From the NCBI GenBank assembly GCA_039934485.1, contig JBDTMB010000001.1, positions 1 to 49,672 of the forward strand: a stretch of DNA of 49,672 nucleotides, written 5' to 3'. Origin of the DNA: Vicinamibacterales bacterium (GTDB lineage Bacteria; Acidobacteriota; Vicinamibacteria; Vicinamibacterales; UBA2999). A program made the translations under genes and the position numbers. Under the pieces are notes generated by a model. That model searched no databases, was not told where the DNA came from, and was given only the letters and a program-made list of their open reading frames with translations. Numbering within the stretch: the first letter of the stretch is position 1; each line of letters opens with the position of its first letter. This document shows, piece by piece, positions 1 to 11,258 of the stretch.

Positions 1-10
1 ACTCGATTGA

Positions 11-52
11 GGGCCGGCGGAGGCGGTTTCGTGCACTGACCGCCGCCGGCCC
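11..52. repeat. GC-rich inverted repeat / stem-loop
   Basis: GGGCCGGCGG (11-20) is the exact reverse complement of CCGCCGGCCC (43-52). It lies beyond the 3' end of the minus-strand helicase gene. No U-tract, so not called a terminator. Confidence 0.5.
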
Positions 53-60
53 GAGGCCCG

Positions 61-233
61 GAGCCCCGGAAGCAAGCGACCCCCACGAGCGGCGAAGCCG
101 CGACTCCTACGAGCGGCGGAAGCCGCGAGTCTTACGAGGGCCGTAGGCCCGAGTCCGACCGAGCGAACGAAGTGAGCGAGGCCCTACGAGGCGCGAAGCG
201 CCGAGTCCCACGGCGGCCTTGGGGCCCGCCGTC

Positions 234-240
<7 letters not shown>
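61..240 (-). repeat. REP-like array, family A (units: ACGAG + short GC hairpin + CGAGTC[CC]); inverted relative to the array at 5029-5290
   Basis: Recurring units, e.g. ACGAGCGGCGAAGCCGCGACTC, ACGAGCGGCGGAAGCCGCGAGTC, ACGAGGGCCGTAGGCCCGAGTC, ACGAGGCGCGAAGCGCCGAGTCCC. These are reverse complements of the GGGACTCGGCGC...GCGCCTCGT units at 5147-5269. Confidence 0.6.
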
Positions 241-1520
<1,280 letters not shown>

Positions 1521-1525
1521 AACCC

Positions 1526-2455
1526 TTAAACCTTTGTCCGGAAGTATTCGATCGTCCGGCCGAGCCCCTGTTCGAGCGACACCTTGGGTTCCCAGCCGAG
1601 CAGCGTGCGCGCGCGGGTGATGTCGGGCTGCCGGACCTTGGGGTCGTCGGTCGGGAGCGGCTTGTAGACAATCTTGCTCTTCGACCCGGTCATCTCGATG
1701 ATCTGCCGGGCGATCTGCTCGATGGTCATTTCCTGGGGGTTCCCGATGTTGATCGGGTCGTTCTCCTTGGAATGCATCAAGCGGATGATGCCGTCCACCA
1801 GGTCGCTGATGTAACAGAAGCTGCGCGTCTGCGTGCCGTCGCCGAAAATCGTGACGTCCTCGTTGGTCAGCGCTTGCGAGATGAACGCCGGCACGGCGCG
1901 GCCGTCGCGGACGCGCATGCGCGGCCCGTAGGTGTTGAAGATGCGGACGATCTTGGTGTCGAGGCGGTGAAAGCGGCGATAGGCCACCGTGATCGCTTCG
2001 GCGAAGCGCTTGGCTTCGTCGTAGACGCCGCGCGGACCGATCGGGTTGACGTTGCCCCAGTAGGTTTCCTTCTGCGGATGTTCGAGCGGATCGCCGTAGA
2101 CCTCCGACGTCGACGCGATCAGGAACGTCGCGCCCTTCGCCTTGGCCAGGCCAAGCGCCTTGTGCGTGCCGAGCGCGCCCACCTTGAGCGTGGGAATCGG
2201 CAGCTCGAGATAGTCGATCGGGCTGGCCGGGCTGGCCCAGTGCAGCACGAAATCCACCTGCCCGTCGACGTCGATGTAGTTGGTGACGTCGTGGCGGATG
2301 AACTGGAAGTCGCGATCGCGCAGGTGCGCGATGTTGGCGAGGCTCCCGGTCAGGAGGTTATCGATGCCGACCACGGAAAAGCCGCGATCGAGCAGCGCTT
2401 CCGATAAATGCGAGCCGATGAAGCCGGCGGCGCCGGTGATGACCACGCGCGGCAT
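1526..2455 (-). CDS. UDP-glucuronate decarboxylase (UDP-xylose synthase, UXS-type SDR)
   Basis: GAAGFIGSH Rossmann motif, STSEVYG, catalytic YDEAKR, and the GDGTQTRSF segment typical of the UXS family. Confidence 0.85.
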   Translation of the reverse strand: MPRVVITGAAGFIGSHLSEALLDRGFSVVGIDNLLTGSLANIAHLRDRDFQFIRHDVTNYIDVDGQVDFVLHWASPASPIDYLELPIPTLKVGALGTHKALGLAKAKGATFLIASTSEVYGDPLEHPQKETYWGNVNPIGPRGVYDEAKRFAEAITVAYRRFHRLDTKIVRIFNTYGPRMRVRDGRAVPAFISQALTNEDVTIFGDGTQTRSFCYISDLVDGIIRLMHSKENDPINIGNPQEMTIEQIARQIIEMTGSKSKIVYKPLPTDDPKVRQPDITRARTLLGWEPKVSLEQGLGRTIEYFRTKV

Positions 2456-3898
2456 CTAAGCCGCGTCCCGGCTGGGAGTGAGCACGCGAAGGAGCGTCAG
2501 CCACATGATTTTGATATCCAGGGTCACGGACCAGTTCTCGATGTAATACAGGTCGTATTCGATGCGTTTTTCGAGCGAGGTGTTGCCGCGCCAGCCGTTG
2601 ACCTGCGCCCAGCCGGTGATGCCGGCCTTGACCTTGTGGCGCAGCATGTACTGCGGGATGCGGTGCTTGAACTGCTCGACGAAGAAGGGGCGTTCCGGGC
2701 GTGGCCCAACGATCGACATTTCACCGACCAGGACGTTCCAGAACTGCGGCCACTCGTCGAGGTCGTGCTTGCGCAACCACGCGCCGAAACCGGTGGCGCG
2801 CGGGTCTTCTTCATCCGCCCACACCGGGCCGGTGGTGCTTTCCGCATCGAGCGGCATCGTCCGGAACTTGTAAACGTCGAATTGCCGGCCATCGAGGCCC
2901 ATGCGTTCCTGCCTGTAGAACACCGGGCCCGGCGAGCCGCGCTTGATACGCCACATGATCACGAGGCCCGGCACCGCCATCAGCACCAGGGCCGCCGTCG
3001 AGATCATCACATCCAGGCAGCGCTTGGTGAACGCGCTCACGCCTTGCAGCGGCACGTCGTTGAGGTTGATCACCGGCACGCCGTCGAGGTCTTCGAGGCG
3101 CGCGCGCAGGGCGATGAATTGCAGCAGGTCCGGCACCACCTTCACGTCCACGCCTTCGCGGCTGCAGGACTCGACCAGGTCGAGCAGTTTCATGTGCTCT
3201 TCGAGCGGCAGCGCCACGTAGAGGTGATCGACCTTCTCGCGCGCCACGATTTCGGCGGCTTCGCCGAGCGCGCCGAGCAGCGGCAGGCCGCGATAGCCAA
3301 GGTGGTCGCCGCCGGCCCTGTCGTCCACGAAGCCGACAATCTGGTAGCCGAGCTCGCGATGCTCGAGGATGCGATCGGCGACGACGCGGCCGAGGTCGCC
3401 GGCGCCGGCGATCAGGATGCGGCGCAGGCCGACGCCCGCCAGCCAGCGGCGTTCGAGCGCCTCGCGGATGAACTTGCGCGAGAGGTAGCCGAACGCGACG
3501 TTGACGACGAGGAAGATCACCCAGACGGGCTGCGAGACTTCGTAGGCACCCACGTCCTTCAGCGCTTCGGGGACCCAGTAGGCCTGGACGTACAGCGTGC
3601 CGACCACGCCGAGCACCACCGCGAAGATGCTGCCGACCAGGACGTTGAAGAAGTCGTCGATGCGCGAGCGTCCGCGCCGCAGGCGATAGAGGCCCTGCAG
3701 GTGGAAGCCCAGCGGCACGACGATGGCGATGAAGGGGAGGACGTTGAGGTACTGCGAGATCGGCGGATGGCCGCGCGTGATCGCGATCAGGCCCGTCTCG
3801 AAGCGCAGCACGTACGCCAGGATGAACGCCGACATGCCGAGCACGGCGTCGGTGCCCAGGTGGAACGCCACGAGCAGGCGATTGTGCCGCCTTACCAT
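2456..3898 (-). CDS. Polyprenyl-phosphate hexose-1-phosphate transferase (WcaJ/EpsL-like priming sugar transferase)
   Basis: N-terminal multi-TM region, central ILIAGAGDLG nucleotide-binding-like segment, and a C-terminal bacterial sugar-transferase domain (GPRPERP, KAGITGWAQVNGWRG). Confidence 0.85.
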   Translation of the reverse strand: MVRRHNRLLVAFHLGTDAVLGMSAFILAYVLRFETGLIAITRGHPPISQYLNVLPFIAIVVPLGFHLQGLYRLRRGRSRIDDFFNVLVGSIFAVVLGVVGTLYVQAYWVPEALKDVGAYEVSQPVWVIFLVVNVAFGYLSRKFIREALERRWLAGVGLRRILIAGAGDLGRVVADRILEHRELGYQIVGFVDDRAGGDHLGYRGLPLLGALGEAAEIVAREKVDHLYVALPLEEHMKLLDLVESCSREGVDVKVVPDLLQFIALRARLEDLDGVPVINLNDVPLQGVSAFTKRCLDVMISTAALVLMAVPGLVIMWRIKRGSPGPVFYRQERMGLDGRQFDVYKFRTMPLDAESTTGPVWADEEDPRATGFGAWLRKHDLDEWPQFWNVLVGEMSIVGPRPERPFFVEQFKHRIPQYMLRHKVKAGITGWAQVNGWRGNTSLEKRIEYDLYYIENWSVTLDIKIMWLTLLRVLTPSRDAA

Positions 3899-5025
3899 CG
3901 GTAGCCCGCCGGGGCGTGCATGGTTTCGTCAACGACGCGCGTCACTTCGGCCAGGAACCGCGTGCGGGAAAACTGCTCGGCGTGCGCGCGAATGCGGGCG
4001 GGGTTCCACGCGGTGGCGACGGCGCGACGCAGGCCGTTGGCGAGTGACGCCACGGTGGGGTCCGGCACCAGCACGCCGGTTTCGCCATCGATCACCGTGT
4101 CGAGCGCGCCGGCGCGGCCGAGCGCGACGACGGGGCGGCCACAGGCCTGCGCTTCGACGGGCACGATCCCGAAGTCTTCTTCACCGGGAAGGATCGTCGC
4201 CATCGACTGGCGATACAAGGTCCTGATTTCGTCGTCGGTCTTGCGGCCGACGACCTCAACGCCGTCTCCGGCCAGGCGCTCGAGACGCGCGCGTTCGGGG
4301 CCGTCGCCCACCACGGTGAGCCGCACGCCGGCTTCCCTGGCAGCCATCATCGCGAGGTCGACCCGCTTATACGGGACGAGAGCCGACACGACGAGAAAGT
4401 TGGGGCGGTCATCAGTAAGAGCGGCCACGTCGTCCGGCTCAGACGCCGGCGTGTAGAAGTCGGTATCGACCGGTGGATACACAAGGGTCGACTCCCGATT
4501 ATAGTACAGCGCGATCCGCCGCGCAACATATTGAGAAATAGCGAGATAGCGGTGTACTCGGCCCTCGGTGGCGCGATCCCACCGGGCCATGCCGGCCATC
4601 ATCGGCCGCAGGAGTTGACTGGCCAGCGGGCCGACGCGCTCCGGTCCGAAATAGGCGTCGAACTGGTCCCAGGCATACCGCATCGGCGTGAGGCAGTAGC
4701 ACAGGTGTCGCGCCCGACCGGTGACCACCACCGACTTGGCGGCGCAGTGACTGGTGCTGATCACCAGGTCGTACGGATCCAGGTCGAATTGCTCGACGGC
4801 GATCGGGAAGAGCGGCAGGTACTCGCGATACAGCTTGCCCGCGAACGGCAGCCACTGAATCGCCGAGCGCCGGACGATGCGCTTTTCGATCATTTCCGAG
4901 GTGGTGCCGGGAATGTGCACGAGCGTGAAGAGATCCGCGGCGGGAAAGAGTTCGCAGAACACCTCGAGGGCCTTTTCGCCCCCGCGGAGCCCGGTGAGCC
5001 AGTCGTGGACTAAGGCGACACGCAC
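3892..5025 (-). CDS. Glycosyltransferase family 4 (GT-B)
   Basis: C-terminal EEDFGIVPVEAQACGRPVVA (E-x7-E type) motif. GTG start. 7-nt overlap with the downstream gene. Confidence 0.8.
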   Translation of the reverse strand: MRVALVHDWLTGLRGGEKALEVFCELFPAADLFTLVHIPGTTSEMIEKRIVRRSAIQWLPFAGKLYREYLPLFPIAVEQFDLDPYDLVISTSHCAAKSVVVTGRARHLCYCLTPMRYAWDQFDAYFGPERVGPLASQLLRPMMAGMARWDRATEGRVHRYLAISQYVARRIALYYNRESTLVYPPVDTDFYTPASEPDDVAALTDDRPNFLVVSALVPYKRVDLAMMAAREAGVRLTVVGDGPERARLERLAGDGVEVVGRKTDDEIRTLYRQSMATILPGEEDFGIVPVEAQACGRPVVALGRAGALDTVIDGETGVLVPDPTVASLANGLRRAVATAWNPARIRAHAEQFSRTRFLAEVTRVVDETMHAPAGYRW

Positions 5026-5028
5026 AGG

Positions 5029-5290
5029 GTGATCATAGTGGACTCGCGGCTTCCGCCGCTTGTGGGACTCGCGGCTTCCACCTTCGCGCTACGCGCTACG
5101 GCGGACAAGGCGCCCCTCGTGGGACTCGCTTCGCTCGTGGGATTGTGGGACTCGGCGCTGTCGCGCCTCATGGGATTCGGCGCTGTCGCGCCTCATGGGA
5201 TTCGGCGCTATGGCGCCTCGTGGGACGCGCCGCTACGCGGCGCGTAGGACTCGGGCCTTCGGCCCTCGTGGGGGCGGTGTAGGATCGCGA
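5029..5290 (+). repeat. REP-like tandem array, family A (25-bp units GGGAYTC + GGCGC-nnnn-GCGCC hairpin + TCRT)
   Basis: Units at 5147-5171, 5172-5196, 5197-5221, 5222-5246 and 5247-5269, plus more degenerate GTGGGACTCGCGGCTTCC copies from 5040. It fills the divergent intergenic space between the GT4 and cupin genes. Confidence 0.8.
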
Positions 5291-5292
5291 TC

Positions 5293-5622
5293 GTGGAACT
5301 GAGCGACATTCCATTCGGGATCACCGATTGGCAACAACTCGAACCCACCGAGCACAAGGGTGAGGTGGGCGTGGCGCATTGGCGCACTCGGCAGTTCGGA
5401 GCGGTGCGCGTACGCCTGGTCGAGTATTCAGCCGGATATCAGGCCGATCACTGGTGTCAGAAGGGGCACATCCTCTTCTGCGTGGCGGGCGAACTCGAAA
5501 CCGAGTTGGCGGACGGGCGCGTGTTCCGCCTCGCGCCGGGCATCAGCTATCAGGTGGCGGACAATGCCGAGCCGCATCGGTCGAGGACCGTCTCCGGGGC
5601 GACGCTGTTCATCGTCGACTAG
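5293..5622 (+). CDS. Small cupin-fold protein (resembles the DHCW-motif cupin family)
   Basis: 109 aa, with ...GYQADHWCQKGHILFCVAGELETEL...SYQVADNAEPHRS.... Opposite strand to the flanking GT genes. Confidence 0.7.
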   Translation: MELSDIPFGITDWQQLEPTEHKGEVGVAHWRTRQFGAVRVRLVEYSAGYQADHWCQKGHILFCVAGELETELADGRVFRLAPGISYQVADNAEPHRSRTVSGATLFIVD

Positions 5623-5640
5623 GAGCGTGCCGCGTCCTCT

Positions 5641-6753
5641 TCACCCCTCCAGCACTTCCATGTAGATGCGGTGAATCTGCGCCACGCTTCGTGCCCAGGA
5701 GAATTCGCGGGCGCGGGCGAGGCCTCTGTCGATGAGCGACGCGCGGAGCGATTCGTCGGTCACGGCCTGCACGATGCCCTTGGCGATCGCGTCGGGATCG
5801 TAGGGATCGACCAGCAGCGCGGCGCCGCCGGCGATTTCGGGCAGCGATGACACGTTGGAGGTCACCACCGGCGTGCCGCACGCCATCGCTTCGAGCGGCG
5901 GCAGGCCGAAGCCCTCATACAACGACGGGAACACGAACGCCCGCGCCAGCCGGTAGAACGCCGCCAGCGTCTCGAGCGGTTGGAAGCCGAGGAAGCGAAC
6001 GTGCTTGTCGAGCTTATGCCGGTGGACCGTCTGCCGAAGGACCGGGTACTTCGACAGCTCGTCGCCGATGATGATCAGCTTGAGGTGGTCGGGCCCACTG
6101 TTGCGGGCGCGGCCGAACGCGTCGATCAGCCGCTCGATGTTCTTGTGCGGCTTGATGTTGCCCACATAGAGCACGAACGGATGATTGAGCTGGTAACGCT
6201 GGCGCACCAGGTCCATGCGCCTCGGGTCCGCGGGCGCGAGAAACCGCTCGTCGATCGCGTTGTAGATCACCGCGACCTTCTCCGGCGTGATGTCAAAGAA
6301 GCGGAGGATGTCGCGCTTGGATGCGTCGGACACGGTGAGGATCCGGTCCGCCTTTCGAGTTGCGCACCACATCGAGGTCTTCGCGTAGACGTAGGCCAGG
6401 CGGCCCGGCAGGTACTGCGGAAACATCAGGTGAATGCAATCGTGGATCGTCACCACCGATCGGCAGCGGATCGCCGGCGGCAGGACGTAGTGCGGCTCGT
6501 GGAACAGGTCCACCTTCTCGCGCGCCAACGACAGCGGGATGCGGAACTGCTCGCTGATCGAATAGAGCGGCGCCGTTTCCGGCACCATGTGGAAGTTCTG
6601 CCCCAGCACGTCACCCGAGTCCACGTCCTCGGGCCGGCACAGCACGACGTACTCCGTCTTCTGGTCGAGCCGCGAGAGCTCCATCAGGATGTTGCGGATG
6701 TAGGTGCCGATGCCGAAGTCGCGGAACTTCCGCGCGTCGATCGCGATGCGCAT
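5641..6753 (-). CDS. Glycosyltransferase family 4
   Basis: [11 protein letters not shown]-terminus typical of GT4, and the [24 protein letters not shown] motif. Start re-set to ATG 6753, 2 nt after the upstream stop at 6756; the ORF-track start 6813 runs into the upstream gene. Confidence 0.8.
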   Translation of the reverse strand: MRIAIDARKFRDFGIGTYIRNILMELSRLDQKTEYVVLCRPEDVDSGDVLGQNFHMVPETAPLYSISEQFRIPLSLAREKVDLFHEPHYVLPPAIRCRSVVTIHDCIHLMFPQYLPGRLAYVYAKTSMWCATRKADRILTVSDASKRDILRFFDITPEKVAVIYNAIDERFLAPADPRRMDLVRQRYQLNHPFVLYVGNIKPHKNIERLIDAFGRARNSGPDHLKLIIIGDELSKYPVLRQTVHRHKLDKHVRFLGFQPLETLAAFYRLARAFVFPSLYEGFGLPPLEAMACGTPVVTSNVSSLPEIAGGAALLVDPYDPDAIAKGIVQAVTDESLRASLIDRGLARAREFSWARSVAQIHRIYMEVLEG

Positions 6754-6755
6754 GT

Positions 6756-7586
6756 TCAGTTGCCGTAGGGCTGCCGGGTGATCCAAAGGTACAGCTTGAG
6801 CAGCCAAGCCCACATCGGCTGGTGCTTTTCGTAATACGCCACGTGGCTCTGGCGGCGCCTCTGCGCCGTGTTCGGGTTACGCGCCGCCGAGCGGCCGCGA
6901 TGGTGGAGGATCTCCGCCTGCGCGATGAAGAGAATCGCCCGCTTCCGCTGGTGCATCGCCACGCACAAGTCGACGTCCTCGTTGTACATGAAGTACCGCT
7001 CGTCGAACAGGCCCACCGCCTCCAGGTCCGAGCGCCGGATCGCCATGCACGCGCCGCTCACCCAGGCCACGTCGCGGGCCTGGCGGCTGAGCCGATCGAC
7101 ATAACGGACCACGCGGCGGACCTTGCGATGGTAGAGCGACGAGAGGACTTTCTGCTTGAACTCGCCCCACGGGCTGATCGGCGGGCCCCACGACAACTCC
7201 GGAAAGCCGCGCTCGCTGAGCAGCCGCGGCCCGGCGATGGCGGTGTCCCGATGGGAGGCGAGACCGCGCAGCAGTGTTGGAATGCCACCCGGCGGCGACA
7301 CGGTGTCGGGGTTGAGGACGACGACGTACTCGCTGGTCGTGGCGCGAATGCCGAGGTTGTTGGCCTTCGAAAAGCCGAGGTTCCTGCCGGCGTCGATCAC
7401 CTGCACGGTGGGAAACTGCCGGCGCACGAAGTCCGCGGTGCCGTCGCTGGAGGCGTTGTCCACCACCGTGATCGTGGCCTCGAACGGGTCGGTCTGGCCG
7501 ACGAGCGAGTTGAGGCACGCGGCGATTTCTTCCTGTGAATTATAGGTGACGATGACGATGGCCACCGAGGCGCGCTTATCGAGCAT
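6756..7586 (-). CDS. Glycosyltransferase family 2
   Basis: VAIVIVTYNSQEE, VVDNASSDGT, VVLNPDT (DxD-like) and NEDVDLC motifs. ATG start at 7586. Confidence 0.8.
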   Translation of the reverse strand: MLDKRASVAIVIVTYNSQEEIAACLNSLVGQTDPFEATITVVDNASSDGTADFVRRQFPTVQVIDAGRNLGFSKANNLGIRATTSEYVVVLNPDTVSPPGGIPTLLRGLASHRDTAIAGPRLLSERGFPELSWGPPISPWGEFKQKVLSSLYHRKVRRVVRYVDRLSRQARDVAWVSGACMAIRRSDLEAVGLFDERYFMYNEDVDLCVAMHQRKRAILFIAQAEILHHRGRSAARNPNTAQRRRQSHVAYYEKHQPMWAWLLKLYLWITRQPYGN

Positions 7587-8727
7587 CGGCGCCCTCTTCG
7601 ATGGCCGCCAGCGTCGCCGCGGCCGCCGTCGCCCAGTCGTAACGGGCCAGTACTTGCGGCGCCTGGTCGAGGATCTGGGCGCGGGCCCCGGCCGAGGTCA
7701 ACAGATCCGTCACGGTGTCGGTCACGGCGTCCGCGGTGGCAGACGCGGCCACGTACCTGGCCGCCGGCCCACACACCTCGCGCGCCACCGGTGTGTCCAG
7801 TACCACGGGCGCCACACCAGCGCGGAGCGCTTCGAGCGGCGTCAGGCCGAAGCCTTCGTATTCCGACAAAAAGGCAAACACCGAGGCGTGCGCATACAGG
7901 CCTCGCAGCGTCGCCTCATCCACGTAGGACCGGATCGAAATGCGCTCGGGGTGACGCGTGCCGGCTCGTAGCGCGTCGAGGTCCAGGCGCGGCCGCGACG
8001 TCCGGTTCTCGCCGACGATTTCAAGGCGCGCCCCGGGTACGCGATCGACGACGCGATCGAAACTGGCGATCAGCTGGTCCACCCGCCGTCGATCAAACAC
8101 CGAGCCCACATAAAGCACAAGCGGTTCGCGCGTGACCGCCGGCTCGTCCGCCGGAGCCTTGGCGAAGGTGGAAGACTGGGCGAAGGCGGGGGCGGCGACG
8201 CTACGCATGCCCAGCAGGATGACCCGAAGGTCGGCGGGCCCGATGAACCTGGCAATCTCGCCCTTCGAGAATTGGGAGTCGGTGAGCACGATCCTGGCGC
8301 GCCTGGCCGACCAGCGCGTGATCAGGCGGCGCCTGAATCCCTCCCGCGGCCCAAACCACTCGGGGTGCGCGAAGAACGAGACGTCATGAATGGTTTGCAC
8401 CGTTGGCGCGGGCTGGAAGAGCGGGGCCGTGTAGCCCGGCGCGAACAGCACGTCGGGGCGATCGCGCCTCAGCGCACCTGCCAGCGTCAGTTGCTCCCAC
8501 ACCGTGCCGCCGTTGCCCTCGAGGACGCGCAGGCGATCGGACCAGGGCAAACCTTCCGCCTTCGCGCTCGGCGCTTCGGCGGACAAGAAAGGTTTGTGCG
8601 CATAGAGCGTCCAGTCGTGACGCGAGGCCGTGGACGATCCCGACCATTCCGTCAGCAGCTCGCTCAAGTAGCGGCCCACGCCCGTGGGCCGGCCGCAGAG
8701 CTCGCGCGCGTCAACCGCGATGCGCAT
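7576..8727 (-). CDS. Glycosyltransferase family 4
   Basis: MRIAVDARELCGRPTGVGRY N-terminus and LSEYEGFGLTPLEALRAGVAPVV motif. Start re-set to ATG 8727; the ORF-track start 8841 adds 38 Arg-rich residues that overlap the upstream gene. Confidence 0.8.
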   Translation of the reverse strand: MRIAVDARELCGRPTGVGRYLSELLTEWSGSSTASRHDWTLYAHKPFLSAEAPSAKAEGLPWSDRLRVLEGNGGTVWEQLTLAGALRRDRPDVLFAPGYTAPLFQPAPTVQTIHDVSFFAHPEWFGPREGFRRRLITRWSARRARIVLTDSQFSKGEIARFIGPADLRVILLGMRSVAAPAFAQSSTFAKAPADEPAVTREPLVLYVGSVFDRRRVDQLIASFDRVVDRVPGARLEIVGENRTSRPRLDLDALRAGTRHPERISIRSYVDEATLRGLYAHASVFAFLSEYEGFGLTPLEALRAGVAPVVLDTPVAREVCGPAARYVAASATADAVTDTVTDLLTSAGARAQILDQAPQVLARYDWATAAAATLAAIEEGADAR

Positions 8728-9844
8728 GAGCCTCCATTGCCGCCGCATACGCGACACGCGCCGCCGCCGCACACGCCCGCCAGCTGTAGCGCGCCGCCTG
8801 TTCCAGTCCCTTGCGCGACGCCTCGCGCGCCGTCGCGTCATCGAGCAACGCCATCATCCTCGTCGTCAATCCCTCCGCATCGTCCGGCTCGACCGGATCG
8901 GCAGCGGGGCCGGCCACTTCGGGCAATGAGCCCCTCGACGACACCACCACCGGCACGCCGCAGGCCATCGCCTCGAGTACCGGGAGTCCGAAGCCTTCTT
9001 CGTAGGACGGCAGCACGAGCATCCGCGCGTCGGCGAAGAGCTCGATGCGCCGCGCCGCCTGCACGTAGCCGGTGATCTCCACGTGACCCGCCAGCGGCGC
9101 CTCGTTCGCGCGGGCCTCCCACCGCACCGAGGCCGGCGTCGTGTGTCCGGCCAGCGTCAGGGGCGGCGCGTCGGCGACCCGCGCTCGCAGGTGCGCGTAC
9201 GCCTCGAGCAGCGTGCCGACGTTCTTGCGGGGACCGAGCGTGCCCATGAAGAGAATGCGGCGGCCGCGCGACGCGGCCTGCCGCGCGGCCACGGACGGCG
9301 CCCACGCCGGCGCGCCGGGCGGGCAGACGTGAACACGCGACGCGGGCAGGCCGAGCTCGCGGACGACCTCCGCCGCGGCGTATTGCGACGAGACGATCAC
9401 GGCGTCGGCGCGGCGGGCGTGCGCGCGGGCGAGCCGGGGATAGTCGCGGCGAATCTCGGCGTCCACGTTCTCGGGGTGGCGGAGGAAATCGAGGTCGTGG
9501 ATGGTGACGACTTGCGCGGCGCGCGAGGCGGGAATCAGCATCGGGCTCTGGCTGTGGACGACGTCACACGCGCCGGCGATCCATTCCACCGGAGGGAATT
9601 CCAGGTTGTTCCAGGCCCAGGCCAATGCCCTGACCGGCACGGCGCGATCGATGATGTGCGCGCCGGGAATCTCCGACTGGAGCGTGGGGGGCGGGCGATC
9701 TTTCCAGGAGCTCGTAAAGATGACGATTTCGTCAGACGCTGACGCGTCGGACGGGTCCGCCAAGGCCCGGACCAACTCGTGGACAAACTCGCCGACGCCG
9801 GTCCGCTCGCGAAGAGCAGGGCGGTAGTCGACCAGGATCCGCAC
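8711..9844 (-). CDS. Glycosyltransferase family 4
   Basis: This is the C-terminal 377 aa of the 861-aa ORF 8711..11296: VRILVDYRPAL..., PSYEEGFGLPVLEAMACGVPVVVS. GTG start at 9844. The rest of that ORF is antisense to ugd. Confidence 0.75.
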   Translation of the reverse strand: MRILVDYRPALRERTGVGEFVHELVRALADPSDASASDEIVIFTSSWKDRPPPTLQSEIPGAHIIDRAVPVRALAWAWNNLEFPPVEWIAGACDVVHSQSPMLIPASRAAQVVTIHDLDFLRHPENVDAEIRRDYPRLARAHARRADAVIVSSQYAAAEVVRELGLPASRVHVCPPGAPAWAPSVAARQAASRGRRILFMGTLGPRKNVGTLLEAYAHLRARVADAPPLTLAGHTTPASVRWEARANEAPLAGHVEITGYVQAARRIELFADARMLVLPSYEEGFGLPVLEAMACGVPVVVSSRGSLPEVAGPAADPVEPDDAEGLTTRMMALLDDATAREASRKGLEQAARYSWRACAAAARVAYAAAMEAHAHRG

Positions 9845-9961
9845 GGGCAAAAGAGTACCACAGATGACAGCAAGTCCTTGTGGTTCAGTATGTTGACAGC
9901 TCAAAAGAGCGGGTGATACGCTCTCGTATTTGGTGGTTGGCCAAGGAGACGGGTCTAGCCG

Positions 9962-11257
9962 ATGAAGATTGCAGTCGTAGGGACGGGATACGTCGGTCTG
10001 GTGCTGGGCGCGTGCCTGGCCGAGTCGGGCAACGATGTGATCTGCGTGGACAAGGACGCGGCGAAGGTTCGCATGCTGCGTCGCGGCAAGGTGCCGATCT
10101 ATGAACCCGGCCTCGAAGAGCTGGTCAAGCGGAACAAGTCTGAAGGCCGGCTGGTGTTCACCACCGAGCTGCCGAAGGCGGTTCGCGCGTCGAGCGTGGT
10201 GTTCATCGCGGTCGGCACGCCGCAAGGGGAAGACGGCTCCGCCGACCTGCGCCACGTGCTCGGCGTCGCCAGCCAGATCGCGAAGGCGATGAACGGCTAC
10301 AAGGTGGTGGTCGACAAGAGCACGGTGCCGGTGGGCACCGCCGAACGGGTCCGCGAGGTCATCCGCCGCGAGACCACGCATCCTTTCAGCGTGGTGAGCA
10401 ATCCCGAATTCCTGAAACAGGGCGCGGCCGTCGACGACTTCATGAAGCCCGATCGCGTCGTGATTGGCGCCGAGGATCCGCGCGCCGCCGAGATCATGGT
10501 GGCGCTGCACAAGCCGTTCACCCGCACCGGCGCGCCGATCATGGTGATGGATTGCCCGAGCGCCGAGTTGTCGAAGTATGCGTCGAACGCGTTTCTGGCG
10601 ACGAAGATCTCGTTCATGAACGAGATTGCCAACGTCTGCGACCTGTTCGGCGCCGATGTCGATCGCGTTCGCCAGGCGGTGGGCTCGGATCGCCGCATCG
10701 GCTCGTCGTTCCTGTTTCCAGGGGTCGGCTACGGCGGCAGCTGCTTCCCGAAGGACGTCAAGGCGATCGCCAAGTTTGCCGCCGACAAGAAATACGACTT
10801 CAAGATCCTGAAAGCCGTCGAAGCCGTCAACGAGTTGCAGAAGCGCGTCCTCGTCAGGAAGATTGAGAAGCACTTCGGCAGCCTCAAGGGCAAGACCATC
10901 GCGGTGTGGGGCCTGGCGTTCAAGCCCAAGACCGACGACATGCGCGAGGCGCCGGCGATTCCGATCATCGAGATGCTGCTGTCGAAGGGGGCCAAGGTGC
11001 AGGCCTACGACCCCGAGGCGATGAAGACCGCGCGCGGGCTGTTCGGCTCGCGCGTGACGTTTACCGCCCGCAACTACGACGCCCTCAAGGGCGCCGACGC
11101 GCTGGCGGTGATCACCGAGTGGCAGGAGTTCCGCGAACCCGATTTCGCGCGGATGAAGAAGCTCCTGCGCGCGCCGGTGGTGTTCGACGGCCGCAACATT
11201 TACCAGCCCGAGCAGATGAAGGCCCTGGGCTTCACGTATCACTCCATCGGGCGCTAA
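9962..11257 (+). CDS. ugd: UDP-glucose 6-dehydrogenase
   Basis: MKIAVVGTGYVGL Rossmann N-terminus, GGSCFPKD catalytic Cys segment, full-length 431 aa. AGGAG lies upstream. Confidence 0.92.
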   Translation: MKIAVVGTGYVGLVLGACLAESGNDVICVDKDAAKVRMLRRGKVPIYEPGLEELVKRNKSEGRLVFTTELPKAVRASSVVFIAVGTPQGEDGSADLRHVLGVASQIAKAMNGYKVVVDKSTVPVGTAERVREVIRRETTHPFSVVSNPEFLKQGAAVDDFMKPDRVVIGAEDPRAAEIMVALHKPFTRTGAPIMVMDCPSAELSKYASNAFLATKISFMNEIANVCDLFGADVDRVRQAVGSDRRIGSSFLFPGVGYGGSCFPKDVKAIAKFAADKKYDFKILKAVEAVNELQKRVLVRKIEKHFGSLKGKTIAVWGLAFKPKTDDMREAPAIPIIEMLLSKGAKVQAYDPEAMKTARGLFGSRVTFTARNYDALKGADALAVITEWQEFREPDFARMKKLLRAPVVFDGRNIYQPEQMKALGFTYHSIGR

Positions 11258-11258
11258 G

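Noticed and set aside
5029-5302. CRISPR array, or the 72-aa / 80-aa ORFs in the repeat region
   Set aside because: The units are contiguous 25-bp repeats without unique spacers, each is itself a hairpin, and there are no cas genes. The ORF translations are just periodic repeat-derived peptides.
9893-9921. Sigma-70-type promoter for ugd (TTGACA at 9893-9898)
   Set aside because: The -35 hexamer is perfect, but the best -10 candidates at 16-17 nt spacing (GATACG / ATACGC) are poor. Promoter consensus for this lineage is also uncertain, so the evidence is insufficient to call it. The AGAGCG...CGCTCT dyad at 9906-9924 is noted only.
10064-10075. Extra partial look-alikes of the family-B palindrome (GCGAAGGTTCGC at 10064, GGCAAGCCTGAAGAC at ~40982, CGAAGGTTTGTG at ~48191)
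   Set aside because: They lack the complementary arm and the CCACC tail, and they sit in conserved coding segments. They are most likely chance similarity.
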